A stretch of DNA of 64,000 nt. Origin: Patescibacteria group bacterium (lineage in GTDB: Bacteria; Patescibacteriota; Minisyncoccia; Phycocordibacterales; Phycocordibacteraceae). The notes beneath the pieces were generated by a model, which was not told the DNA's origin, searched no databases, and saw only the letters and a list, made by a program, of their open reading frames with translations. A program made the translations under genes and the position numbers. The stretch is taken from assembly GCA_004322365.1 (NCBI GenBank), contig SCTS01000006.1:70201-134200 (forward strand). The letters run 5' to 3'. This document shows positions 1 to 9,189 of the stretch, in pieces (the first letter of the stretch is position 1; every line of letters begins with the position of its first letter).

Positions 1-748
1 CAATGAGCATGCCGAGGTCAAGCATTAACAATTCCTTCCCTTTCAAAGACTCAGGGACATCATTCACTGCCATGCGACTCGCTAACCCTTCAGCAATTGC
101 AGTTTTTCCAACACCCGCTTCACCAATAAGGATTGGGTTATTTTTTGTGCGACGCGACAAGATCTGAATAACCCGATTGATTTCAATATCACGCCCAATA
201 ACTGGATCAAGCTTATTGTCGCTCGCAAGTTTTGTAAGGTTTCTGGTGTACTTGCCTAACGCGCGCATCTTTTTTGGTGCCTCAGGTTCGTTGGTGCGAC
301 CTGCACGGAATTCCTGCATAACAGACACGACGGCGGTGCGGTCAATACGGAAACGATTGAAAATTTCAGCAGCGGGCCCTGGGTTTTCAAGAATACCGAG
401 GAACAAATGCTCCACTGAAACAAACGATTCATTAAATGTAGTTGCAATTTTTACCGCAGCTTCAAGTGCCTGAGCTAGGTCTGGTGTTAAATAAAGTTGA
501 TATGAAGGTGAGAGCACAGAGCCTGTTGGAGGAACTTCCAAAAGTTCAATGACGGAATCTGTAAAGAGGACGGTGTCAACATCCAATCGCTCTAAAATAG
601 CGAGCACAATTGACTCCTCCTGCATAACAAGAGCACCAACAAGGTGCAGTGAACTCACATGGTTTTGACCACGCTCAATAGCAATCTCGTGCGCTTTGCG
701 TACGGCTTCTTTTGCTTTTGTTGTGAAATTTCCAAATGGTGGTGGCAT
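1..748 (-). CDS. ATP-dependent Clp chaperone ClpB/ClpC family, N-terminal part (runs off window start)
   Basis: Manual translation from ATG at 748: [16 protein letters not shown]... with Clp-N domain, [30 protein letters not shown] (Walker A). ClpB versus ClpC cannot be resolved from this fragment. Confidence 0.9.
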   Translation of the reverse strand, partial: MPPPFGNFTTKAKEAVRKAHEIAIERGQNHVSSLHLVGALVMQEESIVLAILERLDVDTVLFTDSVIELLEVPPTGSVLSPSYQLYLTPDLAQALEAAVKIATTFNESFVSVEHLFLGILENPGPAAEIFNRFRIDRTAVVSVMQEFRAGRTNEPEAPKKMRALGKYTRNLTKLASDNKLDPVIGRDIEINRVIQILSRRTKNNPILIGEAGVGKTAIAEGLASRMAVNDVPESLKGKELLMLDLGMLI

Positions 749-826
749 ACCTCTATTATACCACTCGAGTAATTATTTTGTTACAAGAATCTTGAGCACT
801 TAGATAGTAGAGGGTGTGGATGTCTG

Positions 827-858
827 TGATCCCTCCGAAAACGACAAAGCGTCGTCTA
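827..858 (+). repeat. Dispersed ~32 bp hairpin repeat (TGATCCCT...GCGTCG family), copy 1
   Basis: tgatccctccgaaaacgacaaagcgtcgtcta resembles copies at 20910, 20940, 27006 and 38972; followed by heptamers. Confidence 0.65.
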
Positions 859-883
859 AGCACTGACCACTAAACCCTACTCC

Positions 884-1723
884 CTACTTCGCCTTCGCTG
901 GAGTAGAGCTTGCGTGTGATGATGAAAAGACTGTCAAAATATCGCTTGTGGCAATGAAGGTTCCATTTCCACCAGACGCTTGGGAAACACTCGTTGCAAT
1001 ACCCACAAGATCACCAAAAATATTCACCAACGGTGTTCCTGGAACTAGGGTTGCATTTATATTGGTATCGATATTTCGAACTGAAATCGCCGATGCTCCT
1101 TTTACTGGAACAACATCAGTTGATGCTGTGCGTGATGACACGGCACCAATGACTACGCGTTCTTGCGTAACACTTACCAATGCCACCGTAGTTGCACCCA
1201 GTTTCAAAGCACCAACATCACCAATTCTAAATGGCGCACCGAGTTTTGTGTTGGTATCTTTTGGAACAAGAAATGCAATACCTACTTCAGGAAACTGCTG
1301 CGACACTGTGTATACCGCTGATGTACCACCGACAATAACAAGATGATCTTTGTCGACGATACTTGAGTCAGTAACAAAGAGTGCAGGGCCAATCTGTGCG
1401 GCAAGACCAACAATTGGCGTCGTGGTAGAAATTCCAGAAAAGACACGCCCTGTTTTCCCCAGTGATGCGGAAATTGAAGCGGTGATGAGGTCGTCCTCCT
1501 TCACAACAACAGTAGTCTCTTTAGTGGTTGCAGGTGTCGAGATATTAGTAGGAACAATAGTCTGAATAGTGCGTTCAACAACCTGATTAATTGTTTGCGT
1601 TACTCCTGTAGGCGCTGCAGCAAGAAGCGACACGGTAACAATGCCAGTAGCAATTGATGTAACAAATGACACCAAAATTACGAGGAGTACTATTTGAAAT
1701 TTTGAGAGATCTTCGATATCCAT
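884..1723 (-). CDS. Membrane-anchored HtrA/trypsin-like protein, probably catalytically inactive
   Basis: N-terminal TM helix; C-terminal PGTPLVNIFGDLVGI resembles HtrA GGPLVNxxGEVIGI but lacks GNSG serine. Confidence 0.55.
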   Translation of the reverse strand: MDIEDLSKFQIVLLVILVSFVTSIATGIVTVSLLAAAPTGVTQTINQVVERTIQTIVPTNISTPATTKETTVVVKEDDLITASISASLGKTGRVFSGISTTTPIVGLAAQIGPALFVTDSSIVDKDHLVIVGGTSAVYTVSQQFPEVGIAFLVPKDTNTKLGAPFRIGDVGALKLGATTVALVSVTQERVVIGAVSSRTASTDVVPVKGASAISVRNIDTNINATLVPGTPLVNIFGDLVGIATSVSQASGGNGTFIATSDILTVFSSSHASSTPAKAK

Positions 1724-1728
1724 AAAAT

Positions 1729-1762
1729 CAGGTTATAGGTTCTAGGTTATAGGTTCTAGGTT
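1729..1762 (-). repeat. Heptamer tandem repeat (CTAGAAC/CTATAAC)
   Basis: ctagaac ctataac ctagaac ctataac on minus strand. Confidence 0.8.
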
Positions 1763-1788
1763 TAAATACAAGCAACATGAGTGAATGA

Positions 1789-3012
1789 TTAGTGGAGATG
1801 AGTTCGGGCAATTTTGAGAGCACCTTTAAATGCCGTGACGGCCTGTTCAATATCAAGTCGTGTTGTATCAATGCCGAGCGAAAACCTAATAGTGCCTTTG
1901 GCTTTTTTCTCATCGCCAGTAAGTGCCATCACCACATGCGATACATTTCCCCCGGTACCTACACAGGCACTGCGTGGTGACACGGCAATACCAGCTTCGT
2001 CCATCAACACTGAAAGATAATCACCGTCGATACCAGAAATAGCGAAAAGTGCGTTCGAGGCGATTCGTCGTTTTGGGTGTCCAATAAGTTCAGCGTCAGG
2101 TGCAACATCCCGCACTAACTCAATTAAATAATCTCGCAATTCTCGTACTCGCAATTCTCTTGTCGCCCTCTCTTCTTTAGCAAGGACAAACGCTACGCCA
2201 GCACCAACTATTCCAGCAACATTCTCAGTCCCTGGTCGAATACCTCGCTCTTGGGTTCCTCCGCCCCACATAGGAACCAATGGGACAGAAAAATCGCGAT
2301 ACAAAACACCAACGCCTTTCGGTCCGCACAGTTTTTGCGCATCATACGAAACCATATCTGCTCGAAATGCATGCGGACTCGCCTCGCTGTATAGAGGTGA
2401 TTGCGCAGCATCAACATGAAAAATTGGAAACGATACTTCAGGAACTAATTGTCTAAAGGTACTGACTTCCCTCCCCTTCCATCTTGTTATTTCGGTACTG
2501 ATATCGGCCAATGGTTGAATGACGCCCGTCTCGCTATTCACATGCGCTAGCGTTATCAGCGCTGTCTTAGGTTGTATTGCACTCGCAATTGACTGAACAC
2601 GAACAATCCCATCGAAGTCAGGAGCAACATAGGTAACTGCAACACCTCTACCTTGAAGAATTTCAAGAGTCTTTAAAATAGAACTATGCTCAACCGACGT
2701 TGTGACAACATGTATGTCAGTATACGCAATTCCTTTTTTGTGTAACGCATCAATGACGCCAAAAATAGCAAGATTATTTGATTCAGTACCGCCAGATGTA
2801 AAAATAAGTTCTTCTGACTTAACTCCGAGCGTTTGAGCAATAGCACTCCGTGCACGTTCAATTGCTTCATAGGCTTTTCGTCCCTCGGTATGTGGTGCGC
2901 TTGGATTTCCTGGAATATCTTCTAAGGCACTGTATACAGCCCTCGCGACTTTAGGGTGCACCACTGTTGCGGATGCGTTATCAAGATAAATACGACCATG
3001 CGTGGAAGACAT
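1789..3012 (-). CDS. iscS: Cysteine desulfurase (IscS/NifS family)
   Basis: YLDNASAT, FTSGGTESNN, HVDAAQS, PLP lysine AQKLCGPKG, RPGTENV, SPRSAC. Confidence 0.9.
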   Translation of the reverse strand: MSSTHGRIYLDNASATVVHPKVARAVYSALEDIPGNPSAPHTEGRKAYEAIERARSAIAQTLGVKSEELIFTSGGTESNNLAIFGVIDALHKKGIAYTDIHVVTTSVEHSSILKTLEILQGRGVAVTYVAPDFDGIVRVQSIASAIQPKTALITLAHVNSETGVIQPLADISTEITRWKGREVSTFRQLVPEVSFPIFHVDAAQSPLYSEASPHAFRADMVSYDAQKLCGPKGVGVLYRDFSVPLVPMWGGGTQERGIRPGTENVAGIVGAGVAFVLAKEERATRELRVRELRDYLIELVRDVAPDAELIGHPKRRIASNALFAISGIDGDYLSVLMDEAGIAVSPRSACVGTGGNVSHVVMALTGDEKKAKGTIRFSLGIDTTRLDIEQAVTAFKGALKIARTHLH

Positions 3013-3068
3013 CCTTCTATAATACAGCGACTACGACACAAAACATACGCTATAATCTTCTGATACTC

Positions 3069-3578
3069 ATGGAAAGTGCTCACATCGTACTTCAAAATGT
3101 TCTTGAGTCCGTGCAAGGGAACCCCGTGCTTTCTGGACTTACTATTCTCGTGGCGTGGGCCCTCATTCAAGACCTATTTCTCTTCCGAAGATTACGACGG
3201 CTCGTGCGGGGTGGAGATGGAAAAACACTTGAAGGTACTATTCGAAAACTACAAGAACGGGTGAGTACATTAGAAGAACATGCCACAAAATCGACCGTGG
3301 CGTTTAACAATGTTGATGCACGACTAGAAACCTGCATTCGCGGGATCGCGATGAGGCGCTTCGATCCATTTGGCGGAGAAGGTGGACAGCAAAGTTTCAT
3401 TGTTGCACTACTTGATGAAAAAGGAGACGGTGCGGTACTTTCCGGTATTCATGCAAGAGATGGTGTGCGTGTATATGCAAAGGCAGTGAAAAAATTTCTG
3501 TCAGAGCGCGAGCTATCTGACGAAGAGCGAGGTGCGATTTCCGACGCAAAAAAAACACTTGCGTCAGAAAAATCCTGA
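3069..3578 (+). CDS. DUF4446-like membrane-anchored protein
   Basis: TM helix, coiled coil, then RFDPFGGEGGQQSFIVALLDEKGDGAVLSGIHAR...YAK; start moved to ATG 3069 to avoid overlap with iscS. Confidence 0.75.
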   Translation: MESAHIVLQNVLESVQGNPVLSGLTILVAWALIQDLFLFRRLRRLVRGGDGKTLEGTIRKLQERVSTLEEHATKSTVAFNNVDARLETCIRGIAMRRFDPFGGEGGQQSFIVALLDEKGDGAVLSGIHARDGVRVYAKAVKKFLSERELSDEERGAISDAKKTLASEKS

Positions 3579-3632
3579 AATACAGCTCGCACGCTATTTG
3601 CTTAAGAAGCGTTTTTGTGTTTCTCTTGCACT

Positions 3633-5141
3633 ATGACAAGTCCACGATCAGCCAATCCTAAAGAATGTCACCAACCAGTTGTCGCAATTGTCGGGCATAT
3701 TGACCATGGCAAGACAACACTTTTAGACTACATACGAAAATCTGCAGTCGCTGCAAAGGAAACAGGCGGTATCACTCAGCGTGTATCAGCATATGAGGTC
3801 ACTCATACAGGAGCTGAAGGAGAAAGACATATCACCTTCATCGACACCCCAGGACATGAAGCTTTTCAAAAAATGCGAGCTAGGGCTGGCGCTGCTGCTG
3901 ACATCGCTATTCTTATTGTTGCGGCCGATGATGGTGTAAAGCCACAGACTTTAGAAGCACATAAAGCAATACTTGAAGCAGGTATTCCTTTTATTGTCGC
4001 CTTCACAAAAATTGACAAAGACACTGCCTCTTTAGACCGCGCAAAAGAAAGCGTGATGAAGAACGGCATTTATCTTGAAGGCTTGGGTGGCGATATATCC
4101 TTTGTGGGAGTCTCTGGGAAAACAGGTGCGGGCGTATCAGAGTTACTTGACCTCATTGGACTCACCGCTGACCTACACTCCATCACCTGCGATGCAACAA
4201 AAGAAGTAGAAGGAATCGTTATAGAATCTGCTCGTGATCCAAAAGCGGGAATAAGTGCGACTGTAATTGTTCGCTCAGGAACAGTAGCTGTTGGTGGTTT
4301 TGCTGTAATAGGGAGCGCCATGGCACCACTTCGTACACTAGAAGATTTTACAGGAGCAAAGGTTACAGAAATTTCCTGTGGTAAACCTGCACGCATAACC
4401 GGATTTGATTCTGAGCCGAAAGTTGGGAGCGTTCTTACGGTAGTCAAAACTAAAAAAGAGGCTGAAAAACTCACTGATGAAGCACGACAACCTACTCAAG
4501 CGAAACCACGCGGTAGCGCAGTGGAGGGCGCAGGAAAGCGCACGCTCGTGCGACTAGCACTCAAAGCAGATACCGCTGGTTCACTTGAAGCACTCGAACA
4601 TGAACTCGCAAAAATTTCAGAGGAAGGAATTGAATTGCATGTTGTCTCTGGCACAGTTGGTCCAATTTCTGATAACGACATCAGACCATTTATTGGTTTC
4701 TCCCCTGCTATTGTTCTTGGTTTCAATGTGAAGGCAGACGCTTCAGCAAAAGACCTCGCCGAAAGACAGCGCATCACCATTGAAACGCGCGCAATCATTT
4801 ACGAACTCGGCGACTGGCTTAAAGAAGAAATCAAAAAATTCAAACCCGAGATGGAGGAGGGAGCAATTTCTGGTACTGCTCAAATCATTAAACATTTTTC
4901 AAGCTCTGGCTCAAAACATGTTGTCGGAGGAAAAGTGCAGAGCGGAATCATCCACCTCAAAGATCAGGTTGTTATACACCGCAGAGGTATTGAGGTAGGA
5001 ATGGGAAAAGTAGTTAATCTCCAAACACAGCGCGCTGATGTTGATGAAATAGTCGAAGGAATGGAGTTCGGAGCACAAATTGAATCCAAGGCAGACATTG
5101 TTGCAGGTGACACCATAAGCGCAATGTTCAAGAAAGCATAA
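3633..5141 (+). CDS. infB: Translation initiation factor IF-2, short form lacking the N-terminal domain
   Basis: PVVAIVGHIDHGKTTLLD, GGITQ, FIDTPGHEAF, TKID; followed by rbfA. Confidence 0.95.
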   Translation: MTSPRSANPKECHQPVVAIVGHIDHGKTTLLDYIRKSAVAAKETGGITQRVSAYEVTHTGAEGERHITFIDTPGHEAFQKMRARAGAAADIAILIVAADDGVKPQTLEAHKAILEAGIPFIVAFTKIDKDTASLDRAKESVMKNGIYLEGLGGDISFVGVSGKTGAGVSELLDLIGLTADLHSITCDATKEVEGIVIESARDPKAGISATVIVRSGTVAVGGFAVIGSAMAPLRTLEDFTGAKVTEISCGKPARITGFDSEPKVGSVLTVVKTKKEAEKLTDEARQPTQAKPRGSAVEGAGKRTLVRLALKADTAGSLEALEHELAKISEEGIELHVVSGTVGPISDNDIRPFIGFSPAIVLGFNVKADASAKDLAERQRITIETRAIIYELGDWLKEEIKKFKPEMEEGAISGTAQIIKHFSSSGSKHVVGGKVQSGIIHLKDQVVIHRRGIEVGMGKVVNLQTQRADVDEIVEGMEFGAQIESKADIVAGDTISAMFKKA

Positions 5142-5147
5142 TCCTCC

Positions 5148-5474
5148 ATGCCACGAGATCAAATTCATAGAGACGAACGCTTCATATCAGCACTAAGTGC
5201 TGCAGCCGCACAGTTCATTAACCGTGAATCAAATCGTCGCTCACTCATTACTGTCACTAAAGTACATATTGCTGATGGTGGGAAAACAGCACAAATCTTT
5301 GTGAGCGTATTACCAAAAGAACAAACGCATGCGGTTGCAGATTTCTTATCGCGCCAGCGACAAGAATTTCTCGTTTTCTTAAAAACACAGGCGAGACTCC
5401 ACACGGTTCCTAGAGTTACCTTTCTCCCCGACCCTGATATGGGTGAGAGCGTTGAGGGAAGCTCTCAGACATAA
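5148..5474 (+). CDS. rbfA: Ribosome-binding factor A
   Basis: ITVTKV...AQIFVSV...VPRVTFLPD pattern, directly downstream of infB. Confidence 0.8.
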   Translation: MPRDQIHRDERFISALSAAAAQFINRESNRRSLITVTKVHIADGGKTAQIFVSVLPKEQTHAVADFLSRQRQEFLVFLKTQARLHTVPRVTFLPDPDMGESVEGSSQT

Positions 5475-5484
5475 GCAGAGCTTT

Positions 5485-5617
5485 CACTGACTGCACTCGA
5501 AAAAGAAATGTGTAGGCACATTCCTTCTTTCTCGCTTGTGGCTGCAAACGGGGTTTCCACTGACGGCACTCGAAAAAGAAATGTGTAGGCACATTCCTTC
5601 TTTCTCGCTTGTCAGTG
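5485..5617. repeat. Two tandem 55 bp imperfect palindromes (period 73)
   Basis: cactgac(t/g)gcactcgaaaaagaaatgtgtaggcacattccttctttctcgcttgt at 5485-5539 and 5558-5612, one mismatch. Confidence 0.9.
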
Positions 5618-5635
5618 TAGTATTGTAGTCAGACA

Positions 5636-5711
5636 GGCCACGTGGCGAAGTGGAAACGCAGCGGTTTGCAAAACCGATATTGCGCGGGTTCGATTCCCGC
5701 CGTGGCCTCCA
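5636..5711 (+). tRNA. tRNA-Cys(GCA), CCA encoded
   Basis: Acceptor GGCCACG/CGTGGCC, anticodon loop TT-GCA-AA, T-loop TTCGATT. Confidence 0.95.
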
Positions 5712-5841
5712 TGGAGTAAAGCATCTGCATGTTTTACGGCGGGAATCGAAAGCCGGAACGATGTTTTTTGTTTCAAAAAACCGTGAGGCGGGGTCGAGCG
5801 CATTTTGTGCGACGGCACAAAATGACGGGTGACCGATTCCC
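5712..5841 (+). other. tRNA-trailing inverted-copy element (Cys)
   Basis: 5736-5750 is the exact reverse complement of tRNA 5689-5703; core CGGAACGAT-stem-CGTGAG; ends with direct CGATTCCC. Confidence 0.75.
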
Positions 5842-5880
5842 CTTAATTCCCTAATCCTGTATCATAATCAAGCAACACCC

Positions 5881-5965
5881 GCCCGGGTGGTGAAATTGGT
5901 AGACACGCTCGACTTAAGATCGAGTTCCGTAAGGAATGTGGGTTCGAGTCCCACCCTGGGCACCA
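5881..5965 (+). tRNA. tRNA-Leu(TAA), CCA encoded
   Basis: GCCCGGG/CCTGGGC acceptor, CTCGA-CTTAAGA-TCGAG anticodon arm, long variable arm. Confidence 0.95.
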
Positions 5966-6172
5966 TAAAAAATGTTAGTCGCGCATCCGTGCGACTTTAT
6001 TTTATGGTGCCCAGGAGCAAGCGCCCTGCGACGCTTGCGTGTGGGACTCGAAGCCCGGAGCGATGTTTTTGTTTGTCTTGAGTCTGCGAGAGACAAGGCA
6101 AAAACCGCGAGGGCCGGCACGGAGGCGCGAGAGTCAACGAGCGACCGGAGTGGAGTCCCTCCCCCGACACCA
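5966..6172 (+). other. tRNA-trailing inverted-copy element (Leu-TAA)
   Basis: 6000-6015 and 6041-6052 are reverse complements of 5955-5970 and 5943-5954; core CGGAGCGAT-stem-CGCGAG; degenerate direct copy gagtccctcccccgacacca. Confidence 0.75.
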
Positions 6173-6203
6173 ACAAAAAGATACGATATACTGCTTCGCA
6201 CAC

Positions 6204-6758
6204 ATGACTCTTTTCTTTGTCCTAGCCCTTTATGTATTACTAATACTTATCTGGTTAGTCTGCTTCTTTTTTTTACTGTTAATGAGCTACGGCATCATCA
6301 CAACAAAAGTACCCTATGTGCCAATACCTCAACATGTAATTGATGAAGTAAAGCGACTACTACCAATGAAAGCCGGTGACCAATTCTATGACCTTGGTTC
6401 TGGCGACGGGCGTGTCATCGCTACAATGGCTTCAGCCTACCCAGATGCATTTGCGACAGGTGTAGAGAAGGCCCCTCTTCCTTACACTCTCACCCAAATT
6501 CGTTTCTGGCGAAAACCTTTAAAGAATGTGAAAACTCTTTTCAGAAACTTCTCACGCGTACCGCTCAACAATGCAACACATATATACATGTATCTATTTC
6601 CTGAAGTCGTGGAGAAACTTTTACCAAAGTTCGAAGCAGAATTAAAAAAAGGAACCCGAGTTGTTTCCTGTGACTTCCCTTTCAAAACAAAAGAACCTGT
6701 AGAAACCGTAGTTGTTAGTGGCAGACACAAACACACACTGTATGTTTATGAGTTTTAA
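6204..6758 (+). CDS. Membrane-anchored class I SAM-dependent methyltransferase
   Basis: TM helix, VPYVP, YDLGSGDGRV, YMYLFP, GTRVVSCDF; start moved to ATG 6204. Confidence 0.85.
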   Translation: MTLFFVLALYVLLILIWLVCFFFLLLMSYGIITTKVPYVPIPQHVIDEVKRLLPMKAGDQFYDLGSGDGRVIATMASAYPDAFATGVEKAPLPYTLTQIRFWRKPLKNVKTLFRNFSRVPLNNATHIYMYLFPEVVEKLLPKFEAELKKGTRVVSCDFPFKTKEPVETVVVSGRHKHTLYVYEF

Positions 6759-7007
6759 AATAGACCCTTTAGACTATTGATTCAGGAGGAAAATCGGGTA
6801 GTATGGACGAATCTGCAAAGAAGCTACGCTTCCAAGTAGAAACGCGAAGAGAAAAGCTCGCGCCCGTAAGCAAAGCTTTCGGGCCACTCACTCGAAGAAA
6901 ATGAAAACCCATTTTCATTTTCCTTCTCGCTCGCGCCGTAAGAAAATCTTTCGTGCGGCGCCATCGAAGGTAATACAAGCGTTCCGCTTTTATTACCCTT
7001 CTCAGTC

Positions 7008-7080
7008 GCGCCCGTAGCTCAGTTGGTAGAGCGACTCCCTCTTAAGGAGACGGTCGTAGGTTCGAGCCCTACCGGGCGCA
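7008..7080 (+). tRNA. tRNA-Lys(CTT)
   Basis: GCGCCCG/CGGGCGC acceptor, AGCTCAGTTGGTAGAGC D-arm, CT-CTT-AA loop. Confidence 0.93.
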
Positions 7081-7283
7081 CAGCATAAAAAAGCACTACG
7101 TAAGTAGTGTTTTTTGCTGTGCGCCCGAGTAAGCGAATAGTTTCGCTTACGTGTAGAGCTCGAAAAGCGGAGCGTTACTTTCTGTTTCAGAAAGTCGCGA
7201 GCTGGGGCTGCGACCGAGGCGAACAGTTGCACTCGCCAGTATGACGAAGCGTCAGGTGAGCCGAGAGTTGTGGCCGAGCCCTA
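7081..7283 (+). other. tRNA-trailing inverted-copy element (Lys)
   Basis: 7115-7127 and 7153-7164 are reverse complements of the tRNA 3' end (one mismatch); core CGGAGCGTT-stem-CGCGAG; ends with direct CGAGCCCTA. Confidence 0.75.
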
Positions 7284-7347
7284 GCTAAACTCGTGACCAC
7301 AAAAAATACTACCCACTTTAATTAAGATTAGTGTACAATCCCCTCTT

Positions 7348-7429
7348 GGGCGGATGGCGAAATTGGCAGACGCGCCAGCCTTAGGAGCTGGTCCCGCAAG
7401 GGGTGGAGGTTCAAGTCCTCTTCCGCCCA
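7348..7429 (+). tRNA. tRNA-Leu(TAG)
   Basis: GGGCGGA/TCCGCCC acceptor, CCAGC-CTTAGGA-GCTGG, variable arm, TTCAAGT. Confidence 0.95.
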
Positions 7430-7481
7430 CAACATTGGCATAGCGTCCAGACCTTCCATCTAGACGCAAGTCAAAAACATT

Positions 7482-8216
7482 ATGATTTGCCGTCTATGTC
7501 TTAAGGAAAAACAACTTTGTAAGAACTCCCACATCATCCCTGATTTTATGTATCAGGAGCTTTTCGATGAAAAAACTCATACCTTGGTGAAAGGCCTTCC
7601 GGGTAAGGGGCGAAAACCCGAAATCAAACAGAGCGGAGAAAAAGAAGGAGAATTACTGTGCGCAGATTGCGATAACCGGATAATCGGGGGATATGAGGGG
7701 TACGCCAGCAAAGTTCTCTACGGCGGAACGTCTCTAGGAGTTAAAAATGTTGTGAAAGCAGACGACGGACTTGAGATTACGATTGTTCAGGGTCTCGACT
7801 ATAAAAAATTTAAACTCTTCCTACTCTCACTGTTGTGGAGGGCAAGCATTTCAAAAAACCATTTCTTTTCAGCGGTTGATCTCGGTCCTTACGAAGAGAA
7901 GTTGAGACAAGTATTGATATCTGGAAATCCTGGATCATCTGCAAACTTTCCTTGCGTTTTGACGAGCTATAAACGAACTAGTATTCCAAGCAAAGTTGTC
8001 GTGGCGCCGATTAAGTCACGTTTCGAAGATGGAAAAATAATTTATTCCTTTATTATTTCCGGCTTTATGTACGTCTTCAAAATTATCGAGAATGAAAAAA
8101 CAGACTGGGTACTCGAGGCGACTATAAACGAAAAAGGCGAAATGCAGGTTCCGCATACGCCCAAAGAGTCTGCTACCCGTTTGTTCAATGCAATTCTTGG
8201 TCAAGCAGTATTCTAG
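7482..8216 (+). CDS. HNH-like zinc-binding hypothetical protein
   Basis: CRLC...SHIIP...LLCADCDN pattern. Confidence 0.55.
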   Translation: MICRLCLKEKQLCKNSHIIPDFMYQELFDEKTHTLVKGLPGKGRKPEIKQSGEKEGELLCADCDNRIIGGYEGYASKVLYGGTSLGVKNVVKADDGLEITIVQGLDYKKFKLFLLSLLWRASISKNHFFSAVDLGPYEEKLRQVLISGNPGSSANFPCVLTSYKRTSIPSKVVVAPIKSRFEDGKIIYSFIISGFMYVFKIIENEKTDWVLEATINEKGEMQVPHTPKESATRLFNAILGQAVF

Positions 8217-8326
8217 CTGCCTCTGTTGTCCCCTCTAAACTTTTCTACCTCCCGCTCCCGCTTCATCCTTGCGATGTTCTCCCATCCTGGGTTCGGTTTC
8301 CATTTCCTCGCAGGCACTTCAAATAC

Positions 8327-8355
8327 AAAACACTCCGCCAATAGCGGAGTGTTTT
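8327..8355. terminator. Bidirectional intrinsic terminator
   Basis: aaaacactccgc-caata-gcggagtgtttt between convergent genes. Confidence 0.75.
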
Positions 8356-8376
8356 ATTAGTCTCTGTCTGTATTTA

Positions 8377-8634
8377 TTACCTCGGTAAACTAACTCCGAA
8401 GGTTCCGGTAACCGCAGTCAGGATACCTATCACAGAGACCATGATGAAGAACCCAACGATTCCCCAAAGCATCTTTCGTTCGCCCTTCTTCCTTTCTTCA
8501 GGATTATCTGCATTCGCAATGAATACCGTCATACCCCAAACAAAGTACATCAACGCCAAGGCAAACAAGAGACCTAAGATTGGTGTGAGTATGAGCTCAA
8601 CAATCTTACCAATGAATCTAGACAGTACATCCAT
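8377..8634 (-). CDS. VirB2/TrbC-like pilin family protein (paralog 5)
   Basis: Two hydrophobic helices joined by NPEERKKG..MLWGIVG. Confidence 0.65.
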   Translation of the reverse strand: MDVLSRFIGKIVELILTPILGLLFALALMYFVWGMTVFIANADNPEERKKGERKMLWGIVGFFIMVSVIGILTAVTGTFGVSLPR

Positions 8635-8690
8635 AACTAATCAACCTAAAGAACCTTTTGGTTCCCCTAGTCAGTTAAGACTTGGAAATC

Positions 8691-9065
8691 TTAACGAGCA
8701 GTTCCTCCACCATTAGTGCCTGGAGTTACCTGTGGAATCTGAATTGTCGTTGTATTTTCAACACCTAATGTGCTCTGAAGAGCATTGATGATACCGAAGA
8801 CGGAGAGCATGACGAATAGAGCGATAATACCCCATACCATGATGTGGATACCTTTCTTTCGTTTTTCATCATTTGAAGAACCGAAGATGTAGGTAACCAA
8901 ACCCCAGAAGAAGGCAAGAAGGGCAAGAGCGACGACGATTGGTGTTGCTTGTGTAATCAAAGCACCAATTTTTGTAAGTGCGTTATCAACACCGCCTGCA
9001 GCAAATGCAGCAAATGGAGCAAGAGCGACGACAGTGGCAATACCAGTTCTTAAAAATCCTTTCAT
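8691..9065 (-). CDS. VirB2/TrbC-like pilin family protein (paralog 4)
   Basis: Signal peptide PFAAFAA, two TM helices, NDEKRKKG..MVWGIIALFVM. Confidence 0.7.
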   Translation of the reverse strand: MKGFLRTGIATVVALAPFAAFAAGGVDNALTKIGALITQATPIVVALALLAFFWGLVTYIFGSSNDEKRKKGIHIMVWGIIALFVMLSVFGIINALQSTLGVENTTTIQIPQVTPGTNGGGTAR

Positions 9066-9189
9066 ATAATTACGAACAATTAAATATAACGAGATAAATC
9101 TCCTGAATAATAAGTCAGGGCTAATTGTAGCATTTCCCCTGTTTCAAAGGGCAATGTATAAACGGGATGTGGAGAACCGCCTCAATAGT

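Noticed and set aside
5485-5612. Possible CRISPR array
   Set aside because: Only two 55 bp copies with an 18 bp gap and no cas genes; the same applies to the two 25 bp repeats at 32136 and 32193.
5612-6343. ORF-track ORFs overlapping tRNA-Cys/Leu and the N-terminal extension of 6039..6758
   Set aside because: They are readings through tRNAs and structured repeats. The same applies to extensions at 29037, 29161 and 40971 and ORFs at 41402-41709, 49830-50147 and 54733-55170.
6803-6904. 33 aa ORF MDESAKKLRFQVETRREK...
   Set aside because: It runs into a palindromic repeat and has no other support; at most a fragment.
8217-8326. Remnant tRNA-trailing element after the HNH-like gene
   Set aside because: Pyrimidine-rich but no convincing copy of the tRNA-Leu(TAG) end.
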